From Adineta vaga (Eukaryota; Animalia; Rotifera), in NCBI GenBank assembly GCA_021613535.1, contig CP075494.1:7874001-7938000 (forward strand): a stretch of DNA of 64,000 bases. Direction: 5' to 3'. The translations under genes were made by a program, and so were the position numbers. Each line of letters begins with the position of its first letter. Position 1 is the first letter of the stretch. Below the pieces are notes generated by a model. The model saw only the letters and a program-made list of their open reading frames with translations, did not search any database and was not told the DNA's origin. Below are positions 45,511 to 58,963 of the stretch, in pieces.

Positions 45511-46967
45511 ATGAAAACGGTAGATAAAGCAATTGTATTCTAATTTTTGTACAAATATATATTTCTTTATAGCCAAATTTCGCCTGCCTTTTTGATATTG
45601 ATGGTGTGATCACCAAAGGTCCAAATTTTATCACCGTAGCTAAACCAGCCATTCAAAAATTGATTCAACTTAAAGTTCCTGTTGTCTTTGTTTCCAATAC
45701 ATGTATGCTCGAAGCAGATAAAGCAAAACAATTATCTGCTGTACTTGGAATTACAGTGAGTTGGATTTCTATTCTCTCTATTGTAATAATATGTGTATTA
45801 TTCGAATATAGATTCATCCAGAACAAGTGGTACTTGCTCAAACACCAATGCGATCATTAACTGAATATCATAATAAACATGTTCTCATTTCTGGACAAGG
45901 ACCTGTCGAAGAAATTGGCCGAACGTATGTCATCTTGTTAAATTCTAAAGAAGAAAGTTATTAATGAAAATTTTGATTTGATTTCAAATAGGCTCGGCTT
46001 CAAAAGTATGACAACAATTGAAAAAGTTTGTTCAGCATTTCCTGAATTGGATATGGTCAATCATATGAATCGTGTTCAACTTGTAAGTGAAAAGAAAAGA
46101 AAAAATTGATGATGCCATATTCTATTTTCTTTTGTTATCTAGAGTGAAATGATTAAAACACAAGGTCTTGTTCGTGATGAAAATTTTCGTCCTATTGATG
46201 GTAAATTCATTCATTTTTCTATCTAATCCATCCATAAATTCTTATCCTAAATTATAGGTATTGTCTTACTTGGTGAACCAGTTCAATGGGAACGATCATT
46301 ACAAGTGATTACTGATCTTCTTTTAACTGATGGTAATCCAGGTGTCATTCCAGATGATTCAAACAATGATCGTGATCATATACCAATCATTGCTTGTAAT
46401 CGAGATCTGGTATTTAAAGCTGCTGCAGATTTACCACGTTTTGGTCATGGAGCTTTTCTCACATGTTTGGAAGCATTGTATAAAGTAAGAAGAACATTCT
46501 TTGAATATTTCAATAAAATATTCTTTTCTATCTAGAATCTAAGTGGAAATGATTTGAAATATACATCATTTGTTGGTAAACCATTCGAAATATCATATCA
46601 ATATGCTGAAATGATTGCAAATAAAATTGCATTAGCTCAAGGTCAATCAAAAATTGAAAAGATCTATTTCATCGGTGATAATCCAGATGTAGATATTGTT
46701 GGTGCAAATATGTATGATCAACTATTACAACAACCAGTGAACTTCCGAACTAGTATCAGTGGTTACAGTTTACTTCCTGACACGAAATTCTTAAGTGCAA
46801 CATCATGTGAATCAGTTCTTGTTTGTACCGGTGTTTATGATCCAAACAAGCAAAAACTTGATGGAAAAAGTCCATGGAAAATTCCAACAACAATTGAGCT
46901 AGATGTTCTCGAAGGTATTAAATACATTCTTGCTAAAGAAGGATTACCATGGATTGTTAATTCTTAA
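45511..46967 (+). CDS. HDHD5: HAD-IIA hydrolase, HDHD5/CECR5-like
   Basis: FDIDGV, LLGEPVQWERSLQVITDLLLTDGNP, PRFGHGAFLTCLE, GKP, IGDNPDVDIVGAN and SVLVCTGVY. Confidence 0.93.
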
Positions 46968-47120
46968 AAATGTTTGTGTGGTTAGTTGTTTTTTCAATGT
47001 ACATAAGATCTGTGTCAGATTCAAATTTATCTAATGTCTTTTACTGAACCGTCTATTCATTTTTGTAAATTTATCTGATGCTTATTGAAAATGAAAATTT
47101 TGTAAATATGTATAAATAAA

Positions 47121-47290
47121 CTTTGTTGTAAAAAAATGCTTAATCAAAAGAAAACTTTGTTGTAAAAAATGCTTAATCAAAAGAAAACTTTGTTGTAAAA
47201 AATGCTTAATCAAAAGAAAACTTTGTTGTAAAAAATGCTTAATCAAAAGAAAACTTTGTTGTAAAAAATGCTTAATCAAAAGAAAACTTT
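47121..47290. repeat. 33-bp minisatellite, 5 copies plus a partial copy
   Basis: Unit CTTTGTTGTAAAAAATGCTTAATCAAAAGAAAA at 47121 (one extra A), 47155, 47188, 47221 and 47254; no spacers. Confidence 0.95.
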
Positions 47291-47391
47291 TTTTTCTAAA
47301 TTTGTTTCCATACAATGAAAAGGCTCTGATATGAAATAGTGGTATATTCATCAGTATTATTGGTATATAGGTTTAGAATGAAAGCAGACAT

Positions 47392-47465
47392 GGTCCCTTA
47401 GCTCAGCTGGTTAGAGCGCCGTGCTAATAACGCGGAGGTCATGAGTTCGATCCTCATAGGGACCA
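47392..47465 (+). tRNA. tRNA-Ile (AAU)
   Basis: GGTCCCT/AGGGACC acceptor stem, A-box TAGCTCAGCTGG, CCGTG-CT AAT AA-CGCGG anticodon arm, GTTCGATCC B-box, oligo-T terminator from about 47470. Confidence 0.96.
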
Positions 47466-47834
47466 AACCTTTTTTTTCTTCCTGCGATTACCTTTTTATT
47501 TTCTTTGCTGTTCTTTTACAGTAACAGCACGTTGATAAATGCAAATATTATGTTTTTTTGAGAATACCAAGACTTAGACATAGAATAAATTCATACAGAG
47601 ATGAATAACACTATTCTAGTAATTACAAGATCAATGTTAATATTCGAATGTGATTTTGTATTTTCATGTTACAATCGATTTCTACATTGGAATATTGTAT
47701 CTATTTTATTATAAAGAGTTATTTAGTTAAATTTATTGAAAAAAAAAACGATTTTATAGATTACATTGTTTTCTGATTTTTTTGTACTGAATCTCTCGTG
47801 TTTATTACAGGAAGTAAAGAAATCCTGTCAATAT

Positions 47835-48944
47835 CTACTCTTCTACTTTTCGTGCTGGTGATTTTTCTCGTAGGCCTGATTTTTGTTCTGGATCACTGTA
47901 ATAGAAAGAAGAAAAGCATTGTTATAAAAAACAAAACAAAAAATACGCAATTATTTCTTACTGAACATTATGTGCTAATAATGTTTTTGTAATATTTAAT
48001 TGTTGGAAACCATCTGCTTCTTCGAAAAAGTTATCTTTTGGATCATAACCTAATAATTGTCGTGTTGAATTAATATCCATACGATTGAAAATATTGCTCG
48101 AAAGACCATGTACAATTGCAAATTTAAGATTCGGTGATGCATCAATACATCGTTCGACTAATTGAACACAATCGGGTTCGGAGAACCAAGCATTCATTAA
48201 GAGACCAGTTTTTGATGAATCTTTTAAACTTGAATATGGTTGATAAGCACCAATACGTATGGCAATAGTTGAAAGTCCTTCTTGTTCACCCATATACCGA
48301 CCTAATGCTTCACCAAAACATTTCGTTACACCTAAAAATTCATAGTTTACATATCAAATTCAATTCAGAAGAAAAGATTCATACCATAAAGATCACCTGG
48401 ATTCACAGGATCAGTTGTTTTTACCTGTGTATCTTTTGGATAACCAGATATTGCATGAATTGAGCTGGCAAAAATCACTCGTTTTACACCGGATTTTTTC
48501 GCAGCTAAGAAGAGATTGTATGTGCTACAAAAACAGCGAGAGGAACAATTACTTTCTTTTCAATCAAAAAGTCATATTTAATTATTACCCTTCTATATTA
48601 TCTTTGAGTAATGATGACCATACTGCACTAGCATCTGGTTGACCAGCTAAATGAAAAATCGTATCAACACCTTCGCATGCTTTTTCTAATGTTTCGATTT
48701 TATCCATTTGAGCTTCGATCACTTCACCGTGTGGTTTGAGTGGTTCAACTTTTGCCGCAACATTTAAAGAACGGACCTAACATACATAAACGTAAATGTA
48801 AACTGAAAAATCAAAGAGATTTGTTAGCACAACCATTAAACGAAGTTTATATTTTTGTTTATTTGCATGTTGAGCAAAATATTTTCCAATATTACCAGCA
48901 GCACCGGTGACTAAAATAAGTCGAGGAGAGTTGGATGTTGTCAT
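47835..48944 (-). CDS. NAD-dependent epimerase/dehydratase (extended SDR, uronate-dehydrogenase-like), bacterial type
   Basis: TGAAGNIG, HLAG, NIEGTYN, FASSIHA, YGVTKCFGEALGR, IRIG and LGYDPKD; introns at 48777-48833, 48525-48588, 48332-48384 and 47896-47961. Confidence 0.88.
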
Positions 48945-49859
48945 TATAGACGTTGAAATGTATATATGTTTTGTTAATAATCACAACATATTATATACGT
49001 TGTGCATCAATGAATCTTACAGCGATCGAGTGTATATTTTTATAGCGACCTCATATTAACATGAGAACTGTGCGAACACAATAGAAAAAGGACAAAAAAA
49101 TATTATTCTTTCATCTATTTTATCTCTCTTCTATACTCTTTTACACATCTTGTATATGTACCTTCTTTAATATTTCTTACCACGTTCTCTTTATATGTAC
49201 TAATAGTGAATCTTTTTATAGCACAACAAAAATAACTGAAAAAAAGATGTACGTACATAATTATGCATTGTAAACATTACGAAAACAATGACAATGCAGA
49301 TCAAAATGTGTAACGTCATCCAACATAATCAATGTTATATTTTTATTACTAAATTTCTAATGAGAAAATCTACTCGGAATAAAATCAATTTTTCATAAAT
49401 ACTTTTCAAATCTTTCTCAAGATTGTATGCATTCATATAATTCTTAATCTTAAGAAAAACAACAATTAGATTGTATTGTTTTTTTCTTCTTCATGTTATG
49501 ATACTTATTTTGTAATATGATTGTTCACGCAAAAGAATTATATACAAGATAAAATCATGCCATTCTTTCATATTCTATTATCGGATAATCCTTCTGTTTT
49601 CACCAAAGCGAAAGTATGCATTTTCAAAGATAATTATTTCGTGAGAATCACTTCTTTTTTCTAACACACAATTTTATGTTAAATTGATTGTTTTTAATCT
49701 TCTCTTTACATATAATTTCCTTAAACGTCAAGATACAAGCTTAGATTCTTCATTTTTTTCTACTCATTGAATATAATTGTGACAAATTATTTGCCATTTT
49801 TTTCTCATCCACCACACATCAAATTATACTGCTGTTACATTTTTTAATGTATATACGCG

Positions 49860-49898
49860 AACACACATGCACACAACACACACACACACACACACACA
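49860..49898. repeat. (CA)n microsatellite
   Basis: Interrupted CA run upstream of the HMG gene. Confidence 0.75.
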
Positions 49899-50257
49899 AG
49901 CAAGCAAGCTGGTTCACACTGTCGTCGACGTCGTCGTTTTTCTTCACTCTTTCTTTTTCTTTTCACATACACTGTGTATTTCTCTACGTAGACAGACGGA
50001 GACGAACACATACATGACTGCTTTATGTTTAAAAAAATGCAGCGAGAGAGACGTACACGTCATGTTTGTGCGTTTTCTTCTATTCACCACTGCCTGACTA
50101 GGTCACATTTCTCTCTGTTTCGTTGTTCATTCTAATGAAAGCAAGCCACGATCGTATTTATTCATTTGTTTTGTGTGTTCAAATTCAGTTGTTTGACTAG
50201 CAGTGGTCGTTTTCTCTCTTATAGATTATTACATTTATTTCACCAATTTTCTAAACA

Positions 50258-50755
50258 ATGCCTCGTGGTGCTTCTGGAACATCGAAGAAAGCAAGCAAAG
50301 ATCCAAATGCTCCAAAACGACCATTATCAGCATTCTTTCTCTTTTCACAAGATGAACGACCTGATATTAAGAAAAAGAGTCCATCCTTGTCTGTTGGAGA
50401 TATTTCCAAAGAAATCGGTGCACGATGGAAAAAAGTCAGGTATGAGAAAGAAATCCGTGACCTATGATTATTTCTAATCAATTTCATATGAATTTCTTCT
50501 AGTGATGATGTGAAAAAACGTTATGAACAAAAAGCTGCCGTCGAAAAACAAAAGTATGAACAACGTCTCTCGGACTACAAGAAAAGTGGCGGTGGTGGTG
50601 GTTCACCAGCTAAAACCAGTAAAGGTGCCGCAAAAGCACCAGCGAAGAAATCACCAAAGAAAGCAGCACCGAAAAAAGGAGCAGCTAAAGCAAAATCATC
50701 TGATGAAGACAACGATGATGATGACGATGAAGACGATGATGAAGATGAAGATTAG
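50258..50755 (+). CDS. Single HMG-box protein with Lys/Ala-rich linker and acidic tail (HMG-D/HMGB-like)
   Basis: KDPNAPKRPLSAFFLF...ISKEIGARWK, intron about 50440-50501, KSPKKAAPKK and a D/E tail. Confidence 0.92.
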
Positions 50756-51116
50756 ATTCATACTGCTCGAGTTCTGAAAAAAACCAATTCAATTCTTTTT
50801 CTGTGTATGTGTACTATTTGTTGTAGAATGACGCATTTGTATGTATGAACTTGTGTGCTTGTCGCTCTATTTTTTTGTATACAACATTCTTTGTCTCCCT
50901 TTTTTTTCTGTGTATTAACATTACTATGTTTGTTCTTGTTGTTGTTTTCACTGGCAAAAGAAATAAATGTGGATGTAGTGAAAAAAGATTAGATGAAAAG
51001 AAGCCGTTTCTCTTTTACTCCATGAAAGAAAGAAAATGTTAGACAGCAAAGTAGAGTAGAAGGTTATCTCATTTTTCAGTTCATTCTTTTCATATCTTTT
51101 TTACTCATTAAACAAA

Positions 51117-51503
51117 ATGATTACTATAAATATCCTTCTTTTCCAGTTTATTTTATCTATTTCTATAACCACAACAACAACAACAACAACAGCTTTAACA
51201 GGAATTCGTTCGTGTCATGTAGAATCCTACATATCATCATTAAACTTTCGGAATTGTTTACATACTCCTGTAAATATTAAAGCAACACGTTGTAATGGTC
51301 ATTGTTATTCCGAAGAATATTTAACAGATGATTGGGAAACTGACTCTATACCATATCGATATCATCGTATGATACACTGTTGTTCACCTAACGTAACTAT
51401 TACTCATCAAATTTCAGTCATATGTAACAATAAACAACGACGAATTATTGAATATCCTATTATCACTCACTGCGAGTGTAAATCTTGTACTAACAATTGT
51501 TAA
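51117..51503 (+). CDS. Secreted cystine-knot protein (glycoprotein hormone/bursicon/DAN-CTCK superfamily), intronless
   Basis: Signal peptide, then C...C...CNGHC (CxGxC)...CC...C...CECKSC pattern. Confidence 0.8.
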   Translation: MITINILLFQFILSISITTTTTTTTALTGIRSCHVESYISSLNFRNCLHTPVNIKATRCNGHCYSEEYLTDDWETDSIPYRYHRMIHCCSPNVTITHQISVICNNKQRRIIEYPIITHCECKSCTNNC

Positions 51504-51895
51504 CATTTTAATAAACAAAAGAAACGAACATTTTAATAAATGAACCATAGCCTTTTCCCTTTCTTAAAGAGAAAACAAAGAAAAAACAACAAACAGCAAA
51601 TTTGTTTTTTTTTTGTGAAATACAAAGCAGTAAACAGAAAAAAGAAGGATTATTAATACACATACGCATGCTCATCTTCTCTCTCACTCGCACTCACTCT
51701 CGACTAACTAACAAGGAAAAAAACAAACATTTTTTGCGTAACAAAAACAGAAAAGAAAAGAAACAACACTAGCTTGCTTTTGTCTCTCTTAGAGAATCTT
51801 CAACTATTTTAATGATTATAATATTAATGAAAAGAAGAAGAAAAAAAAATAAATGGCTTTGATAATCACAGAAACACAAGAAGTTTTTGTTTTCT

Positions 51896-54530
51896 TCAAA
51901 CAGAGATTTCATAATGTTTAGAAGGTACATGTGAATTATCTTTTCTTGACGTCGATTGAGATAATAATGGTTGTTTAGGATAATCGAAAGCAAAAGATTG
52001 AAGTGGATGTGCTTGTCGATAAGACTCTGTACGAAGTGTCATAGCACTCGTGGTTGATGCTGTATCGCCTTGAGGATCATTATTGATTGTATTCATTCTC
52101 TTCGTGTGATTAGTTTTTGTTAAATAATCATTAGGTGTACCAGGAGTAGGTCGTTGACGTTGACCGTGAACATCAAAAGTATATTCTTCATTTTCATCAA
52201 TGTTATCATACGAATAACGTGATGATAACGACATATTGGATAGAGTCCGTGGTAGATTATTTTTCGCTTTCGATTGATTTTTTATTGATTGAATGGGCGA
52301 TGATGAAGATGAAGAAGATATATGCGAACTTGACGAAGTTGGCTGTAAATAGAAATTATAATTTTTATACTTTGTTTTAGTTTATTCAGTAGTCATAAAA
52401 AAGAAACTGAAATAAATCGGCTACAACGAAAAATTTATAGTATGATAATAGCTACAATATAATATTTTACGATCATTCTATAGGTCTATTCAAGGAATGC
52501 AATAGTTATATCATATGGACGAATTATGATGAATGAAACAAAGAATATCGAATTTTTTCGTAATTGGATATCGTCGTCACTCTGTCCTCTTAGTTTGTGC
52601 TATGAAATGAAAAATAAGATAATCGACAAAACTTACTTGTTGTTCAGGAATTTTGATTGGTTTATGCGAAGAAGTTTTTGTCCGATATTTAGAAACTAAA
52701 ATAGAATGAATTTCATTTGCTTTCAAAGATTATTCATTAAAGGAAAAACACGATTTACCATTTTCGTCTAATGGATTAACATGAATCGTTGGTTTAGTTC
52801 TTTTTTCTCCATTTTCCATCCGTACAGTTTTTTTCTTTTTTCGTTTGGATCGTTTTCCTTCGTCTTCTTTTGTTGTTTCATAGACAACTTTCGTCGAAAC
52901 TTTTTTCGATGATTTCTTTTTTCCATTGGATAAACGATAATTTTCATAAGCCATTTTTTCAAATAATTCAACATTATATCGTTTTGGATTCGGTGATTTC
53001 AATTGAGGATACAAGGGTTGACAGACGAGATACACGAGATTTCGAATAATACCTTTAGTAAAAACATCGCCTTGTTGATGAAATTTTCCTGTTACTTGTT
53101 CGTTAGTTGTACGACCACGTGCAACAAGATATATATGAAATCCAGTTAGACCAAATATAGGTATTGATAGAAGACCGAGAAGTATCAGTAAAACAATACA
53201 AATAATAAATCGATAGTCCGAAAAGCCAATAAATGTCGTTCTAGGAAGATCAGTTGTTGATGATATATCAGTTTCGTCTGTAGGTATTAATGAATCGTAT
53301 ATTTCCGTAACAAAATTATTACGTGTAACAATTTGACGATGACGATTATGAAGAACGTAGTATAAACAAAATATAAAAAGGAATATCATATGTATACAGA
53401 GTAAAAATAAAAATTGAAAAAAATAACGATAATTCCGACGACCTAGAATTAAAGAAAGGATCATTTAAAAAAAAAAGAATATCTCATATACATACCAACA
53501 CAATTATTTAACCATGGACAATGATGATCAAACGTCTAGAGATGAATCAAAAAAGCAAATGATTCTGTGGATGTATAATAATCTTCTTAAGTCTAATTTA
53601 ATAAACACAAATGTTTCTTTCTATTAGCTTTCTTCCTTGAAATACCTACATGAAGATAATCGGATCACCTTTCTATTTGTTACTTTATACAGATACATAT
53701 ATATATATATGAAGTATCAAATGATGCCTAGATACGAAATGCAAAATATTCATCTTTTTTTAGTATTCAAATTGAGAGAAAAAGATTTTTTCGATTCAAT
53801 ATGTATCGTTCGTTAATAGAGTCACTGAATTTTATTTCATTCGTCTATAAAATATGCTTTGAACTTACATCAATACATCGTTCACAAATTGAGCAATGTG
53901 AACATCGTGGTGGTCGAAATAATTTACATGTTCGACAATATTTCATCTGAATTGATCCTAAATAAATATCCAATAAGAAATATAATTAGACAAAAGAAAA
54001 CATTATGATCAAAAGATCCTACCTTCATTAATATAAATAAGCCGAGATTGAGGTTCATATGCATCATCATCATCATCATCATCATCTGTGTCGATGCCTC
54101 CTTTTCGTTTTGATGGACGCACATAAAAACTAACATCTGAATGTTCTTTTGTTGTAGATTGCTCATAGATACCCTATTTATAAACATATGTCTGTGTATT
54201 TTAGCTTCGAATATCATCACTTACTGGATCCATATAAGTTGCAAGTATAAAATTTCCACAGAGTAGTACAAATAGAAGACAATGTAAAATAAGCAATGAA
54301 TAAAATGTTGGTAGAAGAAGAATAATCTCAGGTAGAATACAAATCCAATAAATGAAAGAAGTACTCAATAGAAGTCCCCAAGCAAATAATGCAGGAAGAC
54401 GTTCCGTCGAACATAGTTTTTGTGGACGACGATGATGACGACGACGAGATTTTAATTTAGTCGTTACTTCGACATCTGACACGTATGATGGTGTTGTCAC
54501 CACTTGCTGCTTTGATGCTTGTGGTGACAT
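51896..54530 (-). CDS. DHHC palmitoyltransferase (ZDHHC5/8-like architecture, long C-terminal tail)
   Basis: [71 protein letters not shown] and a C-terminal YEISV PDZ-binding-type motif. Confidence 0.92.
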
Positions 54531-55926
54531 TGACACACATCCGATAATCAATCTAAAATGATCTAAAAATTCGTTAGTTTCTTCTATTAGAACCAGAGCA
54601 CCAATGAGATTAGAAAAATTTTCTTTTCATACATGTGTTAGTTACCAGTTACATTAGTCATTCATCTTATAGATGGTAACGACTAAGTTTCGAGGTTGTG
54701 TATATATATACTCATAAGCGAAAGAAAAAAACGAAAGAGATTTGTATTAGACGTACATTTATGCGTCATATACAAGAAGAAAGAGTGAGAGAGAAAGAGG
54801 AATGAATATGATTTTTTTTTCGTACAAAGAAAGAAATGAGAATAAAGTCAATAGATATTCGTCATGTTGAATGAACCATATGGGGAAGAAGAAAAAAACT
54901 ATAATGATGAAAGACAAGTAGCAATTATATGCTTAAGAAGAAGAAGAAGAAGCAAGTTTCAGTGAATAAAGCACAGCAGTAAGTAAAGATCACAGTAAAA
55001 CAATAAAATGAACACTATTTAATACTTGAATGTATTTCTATGACTATTCATTTTCTTTTCCTGAATTAAAAGAGAATATCACGAACTTGATCCATATTCA
55101 ATAACCGAATATACTTTAATAGAATAAATCATATGAAAACAGTCAATGAGAAATATGTATACTTACGTAAACATAAGAAATATGACGACAACATTCCAAA
55201 AAGCGATAAATATCCGAAAATAATGCAGACTAGTAAGAAATTCACGTATTTTATCACCTAAAATCAACAAATAATCCTTGCTGATGTCTTGAAGAGTACA
55301 AAAAAATAAAATAAAATAGTTCATCCTCGAACCGAAACTCATCATATTAATATAATACGACAAGAAATATTTATCTCTAAAAGAACTGATGAAAAAAAAA
55401 CATTACTATGTTGTATATCATCGTCAACATGGGGAGAATAATCTATTTTGTACTTTATTACAGTGCAATATCGCTGACTTACTAATCGATGGATTATCAA
55501 CAATAAATCCGACTTCTTTTCGTTTCCTATGAATAATAAACGATTAACTAATAAAATTCTAAGTTTTTACGACATACAGTTTTGGATTAATCACTGCACC
55601 TGCATTGATTAATAATGTACTAAATTGAAACTTGTCTTAACTAAAGTATCATATTGATTTTTAAACTCACAAAATAATAATTAATGATGAAATCATCTGA
55701 AATAAAAAACAATAAATCACATCATATACATCTTTTGAAATAAATAAATAAATAAATAGTTATATATATATATATATATATATCACACAGTTAACACTCA
55801 CAAACCGAAGATTTTTAATCTGAATAACAATAAAACGAAAGAAAAACAAACTGCTATGCAATAATCTTGACTAGAATTATTGTTTTCTGTTTGTTGCTGC
55901 TGCTGTTGTTGTTGTTTTTTGTTAAA

Positions 55927-58317
55927 TTATAAAAATACATAATCATCGGAAAGAGAATGTACACGATCATCAGTATTATCATTTAATGATCGACCGGCAT
56001 CATCCCATGAATCACGATATGTACCATTATTTATTGTATTATTTACAAGAAAATGTTTTTTACTTGTTGATAATGGAGATGCACTGCATGATGATAATTT
56101 TGTAACACGAAGAAAAACATCTTCATCGTCATTTAAAGATGGATAATCAGTATTGATTGGTCGCGTATGACTTTCTTGCAATTTTCCACGTTCAATACGA
56201 AATATTGGACAAGTACGACGATCATCAGACGCCAAATGACAAATATGATTCCACTAAAAACAAAATCTCCTATTTTATCACATTGAAGAATTCAACTAAT
56301 AACGCTGCGTTTTTTTCTTCTACACATCGCGTGTTATTCTATAACTATTAGAAAATCTATGACATTTAAAGGAAATATTTCGAGTTGATTTTATGAGAAA
56401 GGTTACAATTTATATCTATTCCTAAATAATGCATGGAGAAGATGCTTACTTGTGCACAGAACATTTCAAAATCGGCTTTATCTCGACAGAAAAATCCTAA
56501 TGTACAACTTGGATCCATTTTTTTTGCAGTCAATTTCTTTGGTGATGAACATGAATAGCTCTAGAAAGAGATATATTCTTTAGTTTAGAAATAGACAAAT
56601 GTAATTGATTTACCGATATATCAAATGTTTCATCTAAAACGTTGACTGTTGTTTGAATAAAATGTGGATCAAGATTAATAAAACTATCATCTTGATAACC
56701 GATAATATAAACAGCATGGCGGGGACTTCCACCAATGATTCCAACGGTTTGCGGTAATTTCAGTGCATCCTTTAGATAATCTTCATAGATTAAATCAAGT
56801 TCATGTAAACCTAATCTTAACGGAACAAGAATTAATACTGATGTCAACCAACGTGATGATTGGCTTTCTGTTGTTAGTGAATCAAGCGTTGGATAAAGTG
56901 ATGTCTTCTTATTTGAATTTCGATTTGATAGAGGTGTACTACATAAATCATTAACATCTTGTCGATAAACTAAAGCAGTAAAGGAAATTTATAAAGAAAA
57001 AAAATACAAAAGCAAAGAAAGATCTTACTAATTGCATCTTGACTAATATAGATTCGAAGAATTTCAGGTATTTCTTTGTTTTCAACAGCAACTTGAACAG
57101 CTTCTTTCAAACAATGTGCAGCACTGACAGGTCCAAAAAAATCACCCGGACGAATACCATGCGATGTACCAAGCTCAACAATTCTATTTGAATAGAACAA
57201 CAGAATTTTGTATTTGAAATTGATCAACTTAAATATTTACTTGTGAATGCCAAATGGACAGTTCAAATGTGGAAGGTCACCAAATAATCGAATTATATCC
57301 GTATAGATTTCTTTATTTCGATTGGTACGACTAGGATGTCGAAAATACTCAATAGAATTTCGTTTTGGACCTAAGAATTCACAAAAAATGAAAGATTTCT
57401 TTTCTTACGAAATTCTCCTACATTTCTCCGATATTTGAATATTGGAATATGAAGTATTAAATGTATTCGTCATATGTATAAGTAAAGTTTGAGCGAGTAA
57501 CATTTGAGCACAACGTATCATGCAACCCCAACCACCATCTGAAGTAATCACATCACCATTTCGTGAGCTAGTTAACGATTCAAATTGTTTCCGATAAGAA
57601 AAATAGATTCGTTCTGAAAATGCTTTTAAAAAATTCGGATAAGAATGTTCCGATTGGGGACGAAGATTGTCATCATGAGTTGTTTCTAATGAAAAAAGTC
57701 ATTTCTTTTTATTTATCTACACTCATTTTCATCTACCTTCTCTACCATTATATTTTTTTCCGAGCAAATATATCGGTGATTCATTTGTACGAAAATTGGG
57801 TCGTATTTTTACAACCCAACCTACAACAAAGAAAAGTTCGTCATAAGAAAATGAAATAAATATTATGAATAAACTTACGATATTTCATATGATTAAGTGC
57901 TGCTGTTACTTTACTTTTAAGAAATCTATTGTTACTTGATAATTCTTCATTCACAACTGTTGTTCCTACAGGTTCATTGTTTTGAATACGTTGAGTATTA
58001 CTTGACGGACTTTTGATTATAGTCATAAGGAAGCGATCATCGGGAGGAGGTGAACCACTTCCTTTTCGATTTGATGATGAAACTTTTAGAAAAGAAAAGT
58101 TTGTTTTTGGACTACTTGATGCAGTTAGAGATGATGTTGATGATGTAGATGAAGGTGTCAAACATCGATCTGGCTTTGAAGATGTAGATCTTGTATTAGC
58201 AGTATCAGGTGTTAGAAGATGTATCGCGGATTGTGCACGATGTCGTGGATTAATAAAGCTATGAGTATGATCATCATCACCATTGAACATCTTCGTTTTT
58301 GTTGATTTAAAAAACAT
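55927..58317 (-). CDS. ATG4: Cysteine protease ATG4
   Basis: YFSYRKQF, catalytic SDGGWGCMIRCAQMLLAQ, PFGIH, LVPLRLG, GGSPRHA, LDPH, DPSCTLGF and C-terminal LIR-like DDYVFL. The start is either 58317 or 58290. Confidence 0.93.
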
Positions 58318-58963
58318 GACAATTGAAGAAAAATCAATCAATCTTTGTTTATTTTCTTATGTTTACGTCATGCCTATCCTACATACATGCATACATACAT
58401 GTATCACATCTCTAACGCTTGATTCGTAGAGACATTTGATCGAACTGATAAAACAACGAAAGATGGCGCTGTTATTACAAATACAAAAGTAAGTATTTTT
58501 TATAGTAACTTAGCAGGACAAAAAAAGTTCTCAATCTTATTCTTTGCTCAAATAAAGAATATTTAGACTAAATCTGGAAAGAAACATATCATAATACATG
58601 CACTTCAACTCTCGTAAAACAATAAAGATTAGTTTTTGAAATTTATGAGATACTCCTGCAGTTCTAGATAGATTGAAACGAGGAGACATAAGAATTGATC
58701 TGTTGCAGAGGACTGATTATTGAGGGTGTGGGTATTTGTTTTCTTTAACCCTCAGAATCGCACCCTCAAGATTACAAGAGGATGGATATGATATGCCTGA
58801 ACAATTTTGTCATAATAGACTTCGAAAACGATCAGTTTATTTCATTCCAAAGATAATTCGACAGTATATGAAAAAAGAACAAATTAACGAAAGAATGTGA
58901 AAGTAGAGTTCGTAGGAATCTTGTTCGACACAAATAGGTACATTAGGTGGTGTAACTCCAATA

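Noticed and set aside
47082-47351. 89-aa ORF with repeated QQSFLLIKHFL; possible CRISPR-like array
   Set aside because: It is a translation of the 33-bp minisatellite. There are no unique spacers or cas genes, and the context is eukaryotic.
53924-54220. ORF with a poly-Met run
   Set aside because: It is an alternate frame of a (GAT)n poly-Asp stretch in a ZDHHC exon.
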